Of a stretch of DNA of 64,000 bases, positions 9,639 through 19,312 are shown piece after piece. The notes under the pieces are model-generated. The model was not told where the DNA came from and searched no databases. It saw only the letters and a program-made list of their open reading frames with translations. The translations under genes and the position numbers were made by a program. Position 1 is the first letter of the stretch; every line of letters starts with the position of its first letter. Origin of the DNA: an uncultured Calditrichaceae bacterium (GTDB taxonomy: Bacteria > Calditrichota > Calditrichia > RBG-13-44-9); assembly GCA_964452045.1 (NCBI GenBank), contig CAYVKM010000005.1, positions 2,945 through 66,944 on the forward strand. The letters run 5' to 3'.

Positions 9639-11320
9639 AAATTCTGGATTTTCTTCTGAAGGTCTGTGTTTAGGGGATCCTTATCCAGAGCTTTTTCCCA
9701 ATATTTTTTTGCTTCCGGAATATTGTTTAATTTCAGATAAATATCACCGAGGTGTTCCAGTACCTCGGCACTGTCCTCTCTTTGATCCACTGCTTTCTGG
9801 ATGTAATGAAGCGCATCTTGATATTGGCCCATTTTATATAAAATCCATCCCTTGGTATCCAGATATGCGCCATTATCCGGATCAATTTCCAGGGCTTTGG
9901 TAACCATATCAAAGGCCTCATCGATACGGATATTCCTTTGGATCAGGGAATAGCTGTAGTTATTCAGCAGCAGAGCGTTATCCGGAAATTTATAAAGTGC
10001 CTGCTCATAAAGTGAATCCGATTCCTGCCACATTTTAATTTTGTCATAAACAGCAGCGATGGAAGAAATGGTGGAAATATTTTCCGGATCCAGTTTCAAG
10101 GCGCGTTCCAGAGGCTTCAAAGCTTCCTGATCGCGACCCAGCTCACTCAACTTGGAACCATACATTCCCAGTAAATCAACATCTTCGGGAAGAATGGTCA
10201 GGCTCTGTTGCAAAAGTTGTAAGCTTTTTTGATCGTCGTTTTCCCGGTTGTAAATCACAACTAAGAAAATCCAGCCGTAACGGTTTCTGGGATTTTCTTC
10301 GGTTAACTTTGTAAAATATTCCTTTGCCTGGGAATAATTCTCCTGTTCAAAGTAAATCCGTCCCAACAATTCATGGGCTGTCGGACGATATTCGGCGCTC
10401 TTGAGAACAGGCAGCAAAACATTCTTTGCGTCGTCCCTTTTTTCCTGGATAAAATATGTTTCACCTAAAATTAGTCTGGCCTGATTATTTGTGGTATCCC
10501 GATCCAGAATATTTTTGTACACATTTTCAATTTTCTGCCAATCCTGTTGTACCCGGTAAATCCGGTAGATCCGCATTAAAGCATCTTCCTGGAATGGATC
10601 CACATTTAAAATTTTCTGGTAGGTATTGGCTGCATTCACTGTATCTTTTTTTGCTTCATACAGATTTCCTAAAATAACCAATGCCTCTATATTGGTTGAA
10701 TCGCTGGCAACAAGCCTCTGTAAAGAAGTTTCGGCTTCATCCAGCTTTTTCAGTTTCAAACAGGTTAAAGCATATTGCAGCGCATATTCATTATCACCGG
10801 GATAGGCTGCCATCATTTTTTTATAAAAATTTAACAATCGGTCGCTCAAATTGAGTTGGGTGTAGAGGTAGATTAAGTTGTTTTGCAGAGAAGAATTGTA
10901 GGGATCTATACTTAATAATCTCTCATAATAGAAAATTGACTTATCATAATCCTTAAGATTATAATATGTCTCACCCAGGTATGTCAGTGTTTCTTCATCG
11001 TGGGGATTATACTTGAGGGATTTTTCCAGATACTGTGCGGCACTTTCATATTTTTGAAGTCGCATCAGATTGCGGGCAATTGCCTTATAAATCTGAGAAG
11101 AAGTGGAGTCATAAAGTAAAGCCTGATAATATTCAATGAGCGCCCCCTCATAATCATCCTCGAAATCCAGAAGAGCGCCATTAAAGTAATGTTCATATGC
11201 CCTTTTATCGTTATCTGTTTGTGGAATCAGGTTTTCCGATTTTACGGTTTGGCGGGAGACACCACAACTCAAAATAATAAACAGAGGAACAAAAAGTATG
11301 ATGAACAGGTATTTTTTCAT
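9635..11320 (-). CDS. Tetratricopeptide repeat (TPR) lipoprotein
   Basis: Signal/lipobox ILSCG, then many 34-residue repeats of the A..Y..AL..DP.N... type along the whole protein. Confidence 0.8.
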   Translation of the reverse strand: MKKYLFIILFVPLFIILSCGVSRQTVKSENLIPQTDNDKRAYEHYFNGALLDFEDDYEGALIEYYQALLYDSTSSQIYKAIARNLMRLQKYESAAQYLEKSLKYNPHDEETLTYLGETYYNLKDYDKSIFYYERLLSIDPYNSSLQNNLIYLYTQLNLSDRLLNFYKKMMAAYPGDNEYALQYALTCLKLKKLDEAETSLQRLVASDSTNIEALVILGNLYEAKKDTVNAANTYQKILNVDPFQEDALMRIYRIYRVQQDWQKIENVYKNILDRDTTNNQARLILGETYFIQEKRDDAKNVLLPVLKSAEYRPTAHELLGRIYFEQENYSQAKEYFTKLTEENPRNRYGWIFLVVIYNRENDDQKSLQLLQQSLTILPEDVDLLGMYGSKLSELGRDQEALKPLERALKLDPENISTISSIAAVYDKIKMWQESDSLYEQALYKFPDNALLLNNYSYSLIQRNIRIDEAFDMVTKALEIDPDNGAYLDTKGWILYKMGQYQDALHYIQKAVDQREDSAEVLEHLGDIYLKLNNIPEAKKYWEKALDKDPLNTDLQKKIQNL

Positions 11321-11553
11321 GTCTTTCTAATGGACTTTTAAATGCGTGTGAATATAATCGGTCGTTTACTTTTTTTCCAAACGGAAAAAATACGTATATA
11401 TTGTGTAAGAAAAACGACTTGCATTATTTTTATGTAATCTCTAATTTCGATTGATATATTGAATCTATATGGATAGAACAAGTTCCGTTTTGAAAATTTT
11501 ATTGCTTCCAAAAACTAATAGGGTCAAAAAATCTAACAGTGAGTTGAGGAAAA

Positions 11554-13638
11554 GTGGAATCAAATAACATCAGCTTTATCGAAAAAGTCAAAACCCGGAA
11601 ATCATACTGGGCCATTATTGCCATTGTTGTATTATTTATTGGTTATTTTATTTATTTGATCAGTGGACTACCATCATTAACCAAACTGGAAAATATCGAT
11701 CCGGCACTGGTCACCAGAATATATTCTGAAGATGGGGAGGTAATCCACGAGCTGTTCAAGTTTAATCGTGTTTATATTCCGATTGAGAAAATTCCGCAGT
11801 CTACTATCGATGCGCTGCTTTCAACCGAGGATAGACGTTTTTATGACCACTGGGGAATCAACGTCCGAAGGATTCCCAGAGTAATTGCGGTGGACCTGAT
11901 GTCCTTAAGTTTCCGGCAGGGATTCAGTACCATAACTATGCAGCTGGCCCGGAATTTATATTTTGGATTTCAGAAAACAATCAGCCGGAAATTCCGGGAA
12001 ATTTTAACTGCCATTCAAATAGAACGAACTTATTCAAAAGATGAAATTCTGGAGATGTATTTAAATGTAGCCTATTTCGGGCACGGCGTTTACGGTATCC
12101 AGGCGGCGGCAAAGAAATATTTTAATAAGGATGCTTCGGAACTCACCATTGAGGAAAGCGCCACCCTGATACCGCTGCTAAACCTGCCGGCTTATTACTC
12201 TCCCATTTTACATCCGGACCGGTCCCTCGCCCGAAGAAATCTGGTACTGCATAATATGTTAGTTACCGGGGACTTAACCCAGACACAGTATGATAGTTTG
12301 AGTCAATTACCGATTGTGGTAAATGAATTCCAGCAGGCAAGCAAAGTATCTCCCTATTTTACGGAGTATGTGCGCCAGCAGCTCAATGTAATTGGGGACT
12401 CGCTTGGTCTGAATATCTATGAAGACGGATTAAATGTTTATACTACTCTGAATACCAAGATACAAACGGCCATGGACTCCTCTATTGCCATTCATCTGCC
12501 GGAATTACAGGAGCGAGTTTCTAAAAAACTTGAACCATCAAGGAAAAAGATCGAAATGTCCGATTCGGTCTTTGAAGAAAAATCGAGGGTGCAAATTGCC
12601 TTCATCGCACTTGACCATCGGAACGGACATGTTATGGCCATGGTTGGCGGTCGCGACTTTGTTGAGTCCAAATTTAACCGCGCCATACAGGCTCGCCGGC
12701 AACCAGGCTCCGCCTTTAAACCTTTTCTCTATACTGCGGCAATTGACAACGGTTACACTACGGTGGATAAATTCTTGAATCAGCCGGTGGTGGTAAATAA
12801 CCCGGATGGTACTCGATGGGATCCGGAGAATTATGATAAAAAATTCGGTGGTCTCACCACTTTGCGGGAAGGTTTGCAACATTCCATTAATCTGGTGGCT
12901 GTCCGACTCATTCTGGAGATAACACCTTCTGCCGTGGTGGATTATGCCCATAAAATGGGAATCAGCACCCCGCTGCGACCTTTTCCTACACTGGCTTTGG
13001 GAACTTCCGAAGTAATTCCCCTGGAGTTGGCCACAGCTTATGGTGTATTTGCCAACCAGGGAGTTAAGGTAGAACCGGTAACAATTACCCGTATTGAAGA
13101 TCGTTTTGGAAATGTAGTCTACAAGAGCGCTACCAAACGGAGTGAAATTTTAAGTAAGGCAACAGCCTACATCATGACTGATTTGCTGGAATCGGTGATG
13201 AATGGAGGAACCGGTGGGAGTGCTCGCTGGAAATTTGGATTTACCAAAACAGCCGGGGGGAAAACCGGCACCACAAATGATTATACCGACGCCTGGTTTG
13301 TTGGCTTTACTCCTTACCTGACTGCCTGTGTGTGGGTTGGTCTGGATGATCCGCAGATTTCATTGGGGCGCGGGGAATCCGGTGCCATTGCCGCACTTCC
13401 ATTATGGGCCGACTTTATGAAAAGTGTTTACGATACCCTAAAATTGCCGGATGAGACATTTAAGCAGCCACCGGATGTTATCCGGTTGCAGGTGTGTGAA
13501 GAAAGTGGAAAACTGGCAACCAACTTCTGCCCCAAAATACTGGACGAAGTTTTCAATGTAAAATATCATCCGACTGAAACGTGTGATCTCCATCGCGGAC
13601 CTTCACCTTCCAATAAAAGAAAAGGTGTCATTTTTTGA
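11554..13638 (+). CDS. mrcA: Class A penicillin-binding protein (transglycosylase/transpeptidase, PBP1A)
   Basis: GTG start after GAGGAAAA. GT51 motifs EDRRFYDHWGI and RKFREIL. Transpeptidase motifs SAFKP, SIN and KTGTT. Confidence 0.9.
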   Translation: MESNNISFIEKVKTRKSYWAIIAIVVLFIGYFIYLISGLPSLTKLENIDPALVTRIYSEDGEVIHELFKFNRVYIPIEKIPQSTIDALLSTEDRRFYDHWGINVRRIPRVIAVDLMSLSFRQGFSTITMQLARNLYFGFQKTISRKFREILTAIQIERTYSKDEILEMYLNVAYFGHGVYGIQAAAKKYFNKDASELTIEESATLIPLLNLPAYYSPILHPDRSLARRNLVLHNMLVTGDLTQTQYDSLSQLPIVVNEFQQASKVSPYFTEYVRQQLNVIGDSLGLNIYEDGLNVYTTLNTKIQTAMDSSIAIHLPELQERVSKKLEPSRKKIEMSDSVFEEKSRVQIAFIALDHRNGHVMAMVGGRDFVESKFNRAIQARRQPGSAFKPFLYTAAIDNGYTTVDKFLNQPVVVNNPDGTRWDPENYDKKFGGLTTLREGLQHSINLVAVRLILEITPSAVVDYAHKMGISTPLRPFPTLALGTSEVIPLELATAYGVFANQGVKVEPVTITRIEDRFGNVVYKSATKRSEILSKATAYIMTDLLESVMNGGTGGSARWKFGFTKTAGGKTGTTNDYTDAWFVGFTPYLTACVWVGLDDPQISLGRGESGAIAALPLWADFMKSVYDTLKLPDETFKQPPDVIRLQVCEESGKLATNFCPKILDEVFNVKYHPTETCDLHRGPSPSNKRKGVIF

Positions 13639-13721
13639 GTGAGGCAAATCATTACACACCTTCAGAGATTGCTTCAGTTGGCAAACTATTAATTTTTATC
13701 GGATGTACATAGTGGCGACCT

Positions 13722-14651
13722 ATGGAATTGACCGGTAAAGTCATTCGTTCTACCAGAAGTCAGTATATTGTCTATCAGGAGGGGAAGAGATATACCTGCT
13801 CAGTGCGGGGTAAAATTGCCGGCGCACCCGATGGAGAAGGATTTTCCATTAAAGTAGGCGATAATGTATGGATTCGTAAAATATCCGACCAAGAAGGTGT
13901 TATCGAAGAAGTATTGCCCAGAAAATCCAAATTAAGCCGGGCAGTGGGTGGCAGATTTTATCGGGAACATATTATTGCTACCAATATTGATCAGATGGTC
14001 ATTATCATGTCTGTAAAAAAACCGGCCTTTAAACCCGGATTGCTCGACCGGTATCTGGTAATTGCGGAAAAGAATGACTTATCGGGCGCTATATGCATCA
14101 ATAAAATTGATCTGGCGGAGGAAAATCAATTTGCCGAATATGCTGACTGGTATCCGAAACTTGGCTATCCGGTCTATTTTACTTCGGCTATAGAAGAAGT
14201 TGGCCTGGAGCAGTTTAGGAAAGCTTTAATAGATAAAGTTTCCGTTCTGGTCGGGCATTCCGGAGTAGGCAAGAGTTCCCTGGTTCAAAAAATAGAACCT
14301 TCGTTAAATCTTAAAATCTCTGCAATCAGTGAGAAAAGGAAAAAAGGAAAGCACACCACCAGTTTTGTGGAACTGTTTCCATTGTCTTTTGGCGGATACC
14401 TCATCGACACCCCGGGAGTAAGGGAATTAGGACTATGGGATGTCTACCGGAATGAACTCAAAACTTATTTTACCGATTTTGTGAATCAATCAGAGAATTG
14501 CCAGTTTAAAGATTGCTCACACATCAATGAACCCGGATGTGCTGTGAAAGCTGCGGTTTCCTCCGGTGAGATTTTTTCTCAACGGTACAGAAGTTATTGC
14601 CAGATGTATCATGATTTAAAAACAATGCCATATGAACTTAATCCATTATAA
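13722..14651 (+). CDS. rsgA: Ribosome small-subunit-dependent GTPase A
   Basis: Circularly permuted GTPase order (NKIDL before GHSGVGKSSL). DTPG motif. C-terminal zinc knuckle CQFKDCSHINEPGCAV. Confidence 0.9.
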   Translation: MELTGKVIRSTRSQYIVYQEGKRYTCSVRGKIAGAPDGEGFSIKVGDNVWIRKISDQEGVIEEVLPRKSKLSRAVGGRFYREHIIATNIDQMVIIMSVKKPAFKPGLLDRYLVIAEKNDLSGAICINKIDLAEENQFAEYADWYPKLGYPVYFTSAIEEVGLEQFRKALIDKVSVLVGHSGVGKSSLVQKIEPSLNLKISAISEKRKKGKHTTSFVELFPLSFGGYLIDTPGVRELGLWDVYRNELKTYFTDFVNQSENCQFKDCSHINEPGCAVKAAVSSGEIFSQRYRSYCQMYHDLKTMPYELNPL

Positions 14652-14736
14652 GAGTGTTATTTCCCAATTTTTATGCGAGATTAGTGCAGGAACGGAAATT
14701 ATTTTTATTTAACTTCGCCCAATGAAAGTAAACTAA

Positions 14737-16011
14737 ATGACCTGGATATCTTTTCTGGTTTATAATTTTGTTTTTGTACCTGCATTTTTTTTGCTTATCC
14801 ATTTTGTAGCGATATTTCATGTAAAATTAAGAAAAGGTGTCTGGGGACGATACCGGATCCATAGCCTTTTGAGAAAATCGCAGGATAAATGGCGTGGTAA
14901 ATCTGTTCTGGTTATTCACTGTGCATCCATGGGTGAATTCGAACATGTTAAACCTTTTTTACTGGAGTTGAAGGCACGTAAGCCGGAAATTTATACCATT
15001 GTTTTATTCTTTTCGCCTTCGGGATACGAGAATGTAAAATCCTTCCCGGCAGTTGATCTCTTCCTATATTCACCTTTTGAGTGGATTTGGCCAATGTGGC
15101 GGTTTGTACGAAAAGTAAAACCGACGGTCTGGATTATTGCCAAACATGATGTCTGGCCGGATCAGGTGTGGTTTGCCGGGCTTTTTGATATACCGTGTGT
15201 CCTGATAAATGCTTCTTTACATGAGCAGAGTAGTCGACTGCTCTGGTTCACCAGAACATTTCATCAATCTATTTACAAACATTTCAGCAAGATCCTGGCT
15301 ATTTCGGAAAGTGATCGATTAAATTTCCTGAAGCTGGCGGAACCCTCCCAGATTATTGTGGCCGGCGATACCAAATATGATCAGGTTATCTATCGTAGTG
15401 AAGAATTTTCCAAGAGAAAAATTATTCCGGTTCAATTGGTGCAAAACAAATGGGTTTTTGTTGCCGGTAGTACCTGGCCGGAGGATCAAATACATCTCAT
15501 TGCAGCCTTAAAGTCCCTGATGAAAAATAACGGTAAAATTCTGACTATTATCTGTCCACATGAACCAACTGACCAGCATATTCAGGAAATTATGGAAAAC
15601 TTTCGGGGGAGAGAAATAATCCTCTTATCTGAAATTCAAAACTATACTGATCAACCCATAATCTTGATAGACCGCATCGGGGTTTTGGCAAATGTTTATG
15701 GTCTGGCCAAAGTTGCCTATGTCGGTGGCAGTTTTAAGCAAAATGTTCATAATGTACTGGAACCGGCCGTGTATAAGATTCCGGTGATATTCGGTCCGAT
15801 AAACCGGAACTCCCATGAAGCACAATTGCTCAAAGCGAACCGGGGAGGTTGGGAAGTACACAATGCCACAGAAATTGAATTTTTACTTCGCAAATTTCTA
15901 ATGAACGATGTATACCGGCAGGAGTCCGGGTTAAAAGCATACCAGATTGTTGAAGATAACCGGGGTGCGACTAAAAAAACAGTCGAGCATATCTTGTCTT
16001 ATCTCAAATAA
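14737..16011 (+). CDS. waaA: 3-deoxy-D-manno-octulosonic acid (Kdo) transferase
   Basis: N-terminal membrane anchor. HCASMGEFEHVKP motif typical of KdtA/WaaA. GT-B C-terminal half (GGSF..NVLEPA). Confidence 0.85.
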   Translation: MTWISFLVYNFVFVPAFFLLIHFVAIFHVKLRKGVWGRYRIHSLLRKSQDKWRGKSVLVIHCASMGEFEHVKPFLLELKARKPEIYTIVLFFSPSGYENVKSFPAVDLFLYSPFEWIWPMWRFVRKVKPTVWIIAKHDVWPDQVWFAGLFDIPCVLINASLHEQSSRLLWFTRTFHQSIYKHFSKILAISESDRLNFLKLAEPSQIIVAGDTKYDQVIYRSEEFSKRKIIPVQLVQNKWVFVAGSTWPEDQIHLIAALKSLMKNNGKILTIICPHEPTDQHIQEIMENFRGREIILLSEIQNYTDQPIILIDRIGVLANVYGLAKVAYVGGSFKQNVHNVLEPAVYKIPVIFGPINRNSHEAQLLKANRGGWEVHNATEIEFLLRKFLMNDVYRQESGLKAYQIVEDNRGATKKTVEHILSYLK

Positions 16012-16029
16012 ATTACGGATTCCATCTTT

Positions 16030-18792
16030 TTAAGGTTTGAGATAGGTTTTTAGGAATTGACCGGTGTAGGATTTGGGACTCTCGGCAATATCCGTGGGCG
16101 TGCCCTCCGCGACAATATTACCCCCTTCATCTCCACCACCAGGGCCAAGATCAATTATCCAATCCGCATACCGGATAATGTATAAATTGTGTTCTATGAT
16201 CAGCACAGAAGCGCCATGTTTTATCAGCTGGTTGAAAGCTCCCAGTAATTTGGCAATATCATTGAAATGCAACCCGGTGGTCGGTTCATCGAAAATGAAT
16301 AAAATATCCTTTTGGCTTTTTTGGCTTAAATGTGCCGCCAGCTTGATACGTTGCGCTTCGCCCCCTGAAAGGGTAGTTGCAGGTTGACCCAATTTGAGGT
16401 ATCCCAGACCGACATCCTTTAGGATTTGCAATTTCCGGATTATTGCCGGATGATCGGAAAAAAATTCATGAGCCTGATCTACAGTTAAGTCCAGGACATC
16501 CGTAATATTTTTACCCTTCCAGTAAACATCCAGAACCATTGGTTTATATCGTTTGCCCCCACAGGCTTCGCATTGGATGTATACATCTGCTAAAAATTGC
16601 ATCTCGATTTTAAGCTGACCATCGCCCTGGCACACCTCGCAACGTCCCCCGGGGACATTGAAAGAAAAGTGACCCGGTTTAAAATTTCTGGATCGGGATT
16701 GAGCTGTTCCGGCAAATAATTTTCTGATTTCATCAAAACCTTTTACGTAGGTGATGGGATTACTTCTTGGAGTTCGCCCGATAGGTGATTGATCTACCAT
16801 GATCATCCCTTTGATGTTCCTGATGCCTTCAATCCGGTCATGATCCCCCACCTTCTCTTTAACATCGCCTTTCACTGCCTGATACCCGTGGTACAAAATA
16901 TCATGAACCAGGGTACTTTTACCGGACCCCGAGACCCCGGTGATGGTCACCATGAGTCCTAAGGGAATTTTAATATCTATGTTTTTTAAATTATGTTCTC
17001 TTGCTCCCTTAACCATTAAATACTTTGAACCGGGTCGGTCAAATGATTTTTTGATTGGTACATTCTTCTTACCCTGTAAATATTCGGCGGTAAGTCCTTT
17101 ACCCTTTTGAACCAAGTTTTTGTATGTGCCATTAAAGATTACCTCTCCACCCTGCTCTCCTGAGGCCGGACCAAGATCAATTATCCGGGTGGCGTGTTCC
17201 ATAACCTGGGGATCATGTTCCACAACCAGCGCGGTATTTCCGATCCGGGATAATGATTTGAGAATTCCAACAAGTTTACCGGTATCTCTGGGATGTAATC
17301 CGATGGTCGGTTCATCCAAAATGTAGAGGGTTTCGGTGAGTGCAGTGCCCAGCGCAGTCGACAGGTTTATTCGCTGAAATTCACCACCGCTCAGGGTGTT
17401 CGAGCGCCGGTTTAAATCCAGATAGGATAAACCGACATCGTCCAGATAATTTAGACGCTGATTTATTTCCTTGAGTATATCAGCTGCGATTTCCCGCTTA
17501 TAATCTGACAACTGCAAACTGTAAAAGAATTTTCGCAAGTCACGAATGCTCATCCGGGAGAGTATGGAGATACTTTCATTTCCAATTTTTACTGCCATCG
17601 CTTCCGGTCGTAACCGGTTTCCATGACATTCGGTACAGGTGAAATAGGAGCGGAAACGGCTCATGAACACTCTGACCTGTACTTTATATTTTTTGCGTTC
17701 CAAATATCTGAAGAATTTTTTAATTCCCACAAAATCTCTGGAGCCGTCGATTATTAATCGCTTCTGTTCATCGGAAAGGTTTGCAAAAGAGGAGGTCATG
17801 GAAAAACCATATTTAGGTGCAATGGTCGAAAGTTTTGCCATTATGTGACGATAGGCCGGTGTATTCCAAATAGCAATAGCTCCATCTCTGAGTGGTTTAG
17901 AAGGATCTGGGACAATTTTATTTATATCCCAATTCATCATGTCTCCAAATCCCTGGCAGCCCGGGCAGGCGCCAAATGGATTGTTAAAGGAAAATAGTCT
18001 GGGTTGAAGTGGTATCATCTGATAACCGCAGTTACTGCAGGAAAAATTCTGACTAAAAGTCTGAACGTGCCCTTCTTCTCTGATGATATAAGCAAAACCT
18101 TCCCCCTCAAAAAAGGCGGTTTCGATGGAGTCGATAACTCGGTTTCGATCTAATTCCTTCTGTCGTTTTACCCGGTCGATAACCACCAGGGAATTCTCAA
18201 AAGTGGTTAAATTCTCAGGCTGCGACAGATTTATTAAATGACCGTCCTGCCAGATCCGCAGAAAACCTTTTGATAAAATCAGTTCCTTTGATTTGCTAAT
18301 ATTCTTTGGTTCCGGGAATGGCATTTTGAATGCAATATAGAAATTTGAGTTTTCAGGAAGTTGCTCAATGTAATTCACCATATCCTGGGGATTTTCTTTC
18401 CGGATCATTTTCCCGCAATTCACACAAAAGACATCTCCGATCCTGGCAAAGAGCAGCCTGAGGTAATCGTATATTTCGGTAATCGTGCCTACAGTCGACC
18501 TTGGATTCCCCGAAGGTGCTTTTTGCTGAATGGCGATTGCCGGGGGAATGCCTTCGATCTTGTCGACCTCTGCCCGGGGCATTTTTTCCAGAAATTGTCT
18601 GGCATAAGTCGAAAGTGATTCCACATATCGTCGCTGTCCTTCGGCAAAAATGGTATCGAAAGCCAGGCTGGATTTTCCCGATCCGCTAGGACCGGTTATC
18701 ACCACAAATCCGCGCCGCGGAATTTTTAGTGATATATTTTTTAGGTTATGGCAACGAGCCCCTTTTATCTCGATGTAATTTTTCTTTGGCAT
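16030..18792 (-). CDS. uvrA: Excinuclease ABC subunit A
   Basis: Starts IEIKGARCHNLKNISLKIPR. Two ABC modules (GPSGSGKSSLAFDT, GVSGSGKSTL; LSGGE signatures). Zinc-finger Cys clusters (CSNCG, CPGCQG, CEVCQGDG, CEACGG). Confidence 0.95.
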   Translation of the reverse strand: MPKKNYIEIKGARCHNLKNISLKIPRRGFVVITGPSGSGKSSLAFDTIFAEGQRRYVESLSTYARQFLEKMPRAEVDKIEGIPPAIAIQQKAPSGNPRSTVGTITEIYDYLRLLFARIGDVFCVNCGKMIRKENPQDMVNYIEQLPENSNFYIAFKMPFPEPKNISKSKELILSKGFLRIWQDGHLINLSQPENLTTFENSLVVIDRVKRQKELDRNRVIDSIETAFFEGEGFAYIIREEGHVQTFSQNFSCSNCGYQMIPLQPRLFSFNNPFGACPGCQGFGDMMNWDINKIVPDPSKPLRDGAIAIWNTPAYRHIMAKLSTIAPKYGFSMTSSFANLSDEQKRLIIDGSRDFVGIKKFFRYLERKKYKVQVRVFMSRFRSYFTCTECHGNRLRPEAMAVKIGNESISILSRMSIRDLRKFFYSLQLSDYKREIAADILKEINQRLNYLDDVGLSYLDLNRRSNTLSGGEFQRINLSTALGTALTETLYILDEPTIGLHPRDTGKLVGILKSLSRIGNTALVVEHDPQVMEHATRIIDLGPASGEQGGEVIFNGTYKNLVQKGKGLTAEYLQGKKNVPIKKSFDRPGSKYLMVKGAREHNLKNIDIKIPLGLMVTITGVSGSGKSTLVHDILYHGYQAVKGDVKEKVGDHDRIEGIRNIKGMIMVDQSPIGRTPRSNPITYVKGFDEIRKLFAGTAQSRSRNFKPGHFSFNVPGGRCEVCQGDGQLKIEMQFLADVYIQCEACGGKRYKPMVLDVYWKGKNITDVLDLTVDQAHEFFSDHPAIIRKLQILKDVGLGYLKLGQPATTLSGGEAQRIKLAAHLSQKSQKDILFIFDEPTTGLHFNDIAKLLGAFNQLIKHGASVLIIEHNLYIIRYADWIIDLGPGGGDEGGNIVAEGTPTDIAESPKSYTGQFLKTYLKP

Positions 18793-18975
18793 TTGACTAA
18801 CTTTTTATCCTGATATTAATAGTGTTAAAATCGCATGCATTAAAATAATTTCGGTGCTTGATGTTTGTTCCGCTTATATAACGAAAATTTTTCCAAAAAT
18901 AAACGAAACTCAAATATAAATTAAAAATTAAATTATTTGTTGAGAATTGATCTAAATATTAATTTTGTTCAGGTC

Positions 18976-18994
18976 GATGATCATTAATAATAAT
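18976..18994 (+). promoter_or_regulatory. Weak Fur-box-like AT-rich hexamer array upstream of feoAB
   Basis: GATGATCATTAATAATAAT matches about 11 of 19 positions of the GATAATGATAATCATTATC consensus by eye. It sits about 90 nt upstream of feoA in a very AT-rich 292-nt intergenic region. Confidence 0.25.
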
Positions 18995-19084
18995 TAAAGA
19001 GAATTATTTTTTAGGAAATTTTCCATTATCGAAAATTTTTAAAATCTTTTCTTCCCCATGGTAAAGGACTTGTAGATTTCGGAT

Positions 19085-19312
19085 ATGAAATCACTTTTGA
19101 AAACGACAGCAAATCAAAAGGTAAAAATTGTCAGTATTATTGGTGGCAAAGGATCCCGGCGGATGTTAGCTCAGCTGGGAATAGGGATTGGAAGTGTGGT
19201 AAAAATAACCCGCAATGCGCCGTTTGCCGGGCCTATCCTGATCGATAACCAGGGCTCGTCGGTTGCCATCGGAAGGGGAGTGGCTTCCAAAATAATGGTG
19301 GTAGAAGAATGA
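19085..19312 (+). CDS. feoA: Ferrous iron transport protein A
   Basis: 75-aa SH3-like FeoA pattern (KIVSIIGGKGSRRMLAQLGIGIGSVVKI). 4-nt overlap with feoB. Confidence 0.85.
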   Translation: MKSLLKTTANQKVKIVSIIGGKGSRRMLAQLGIGIGSVVKITRNAPFAGPILIDNQGSSVAIGRGVASKIMVVEE

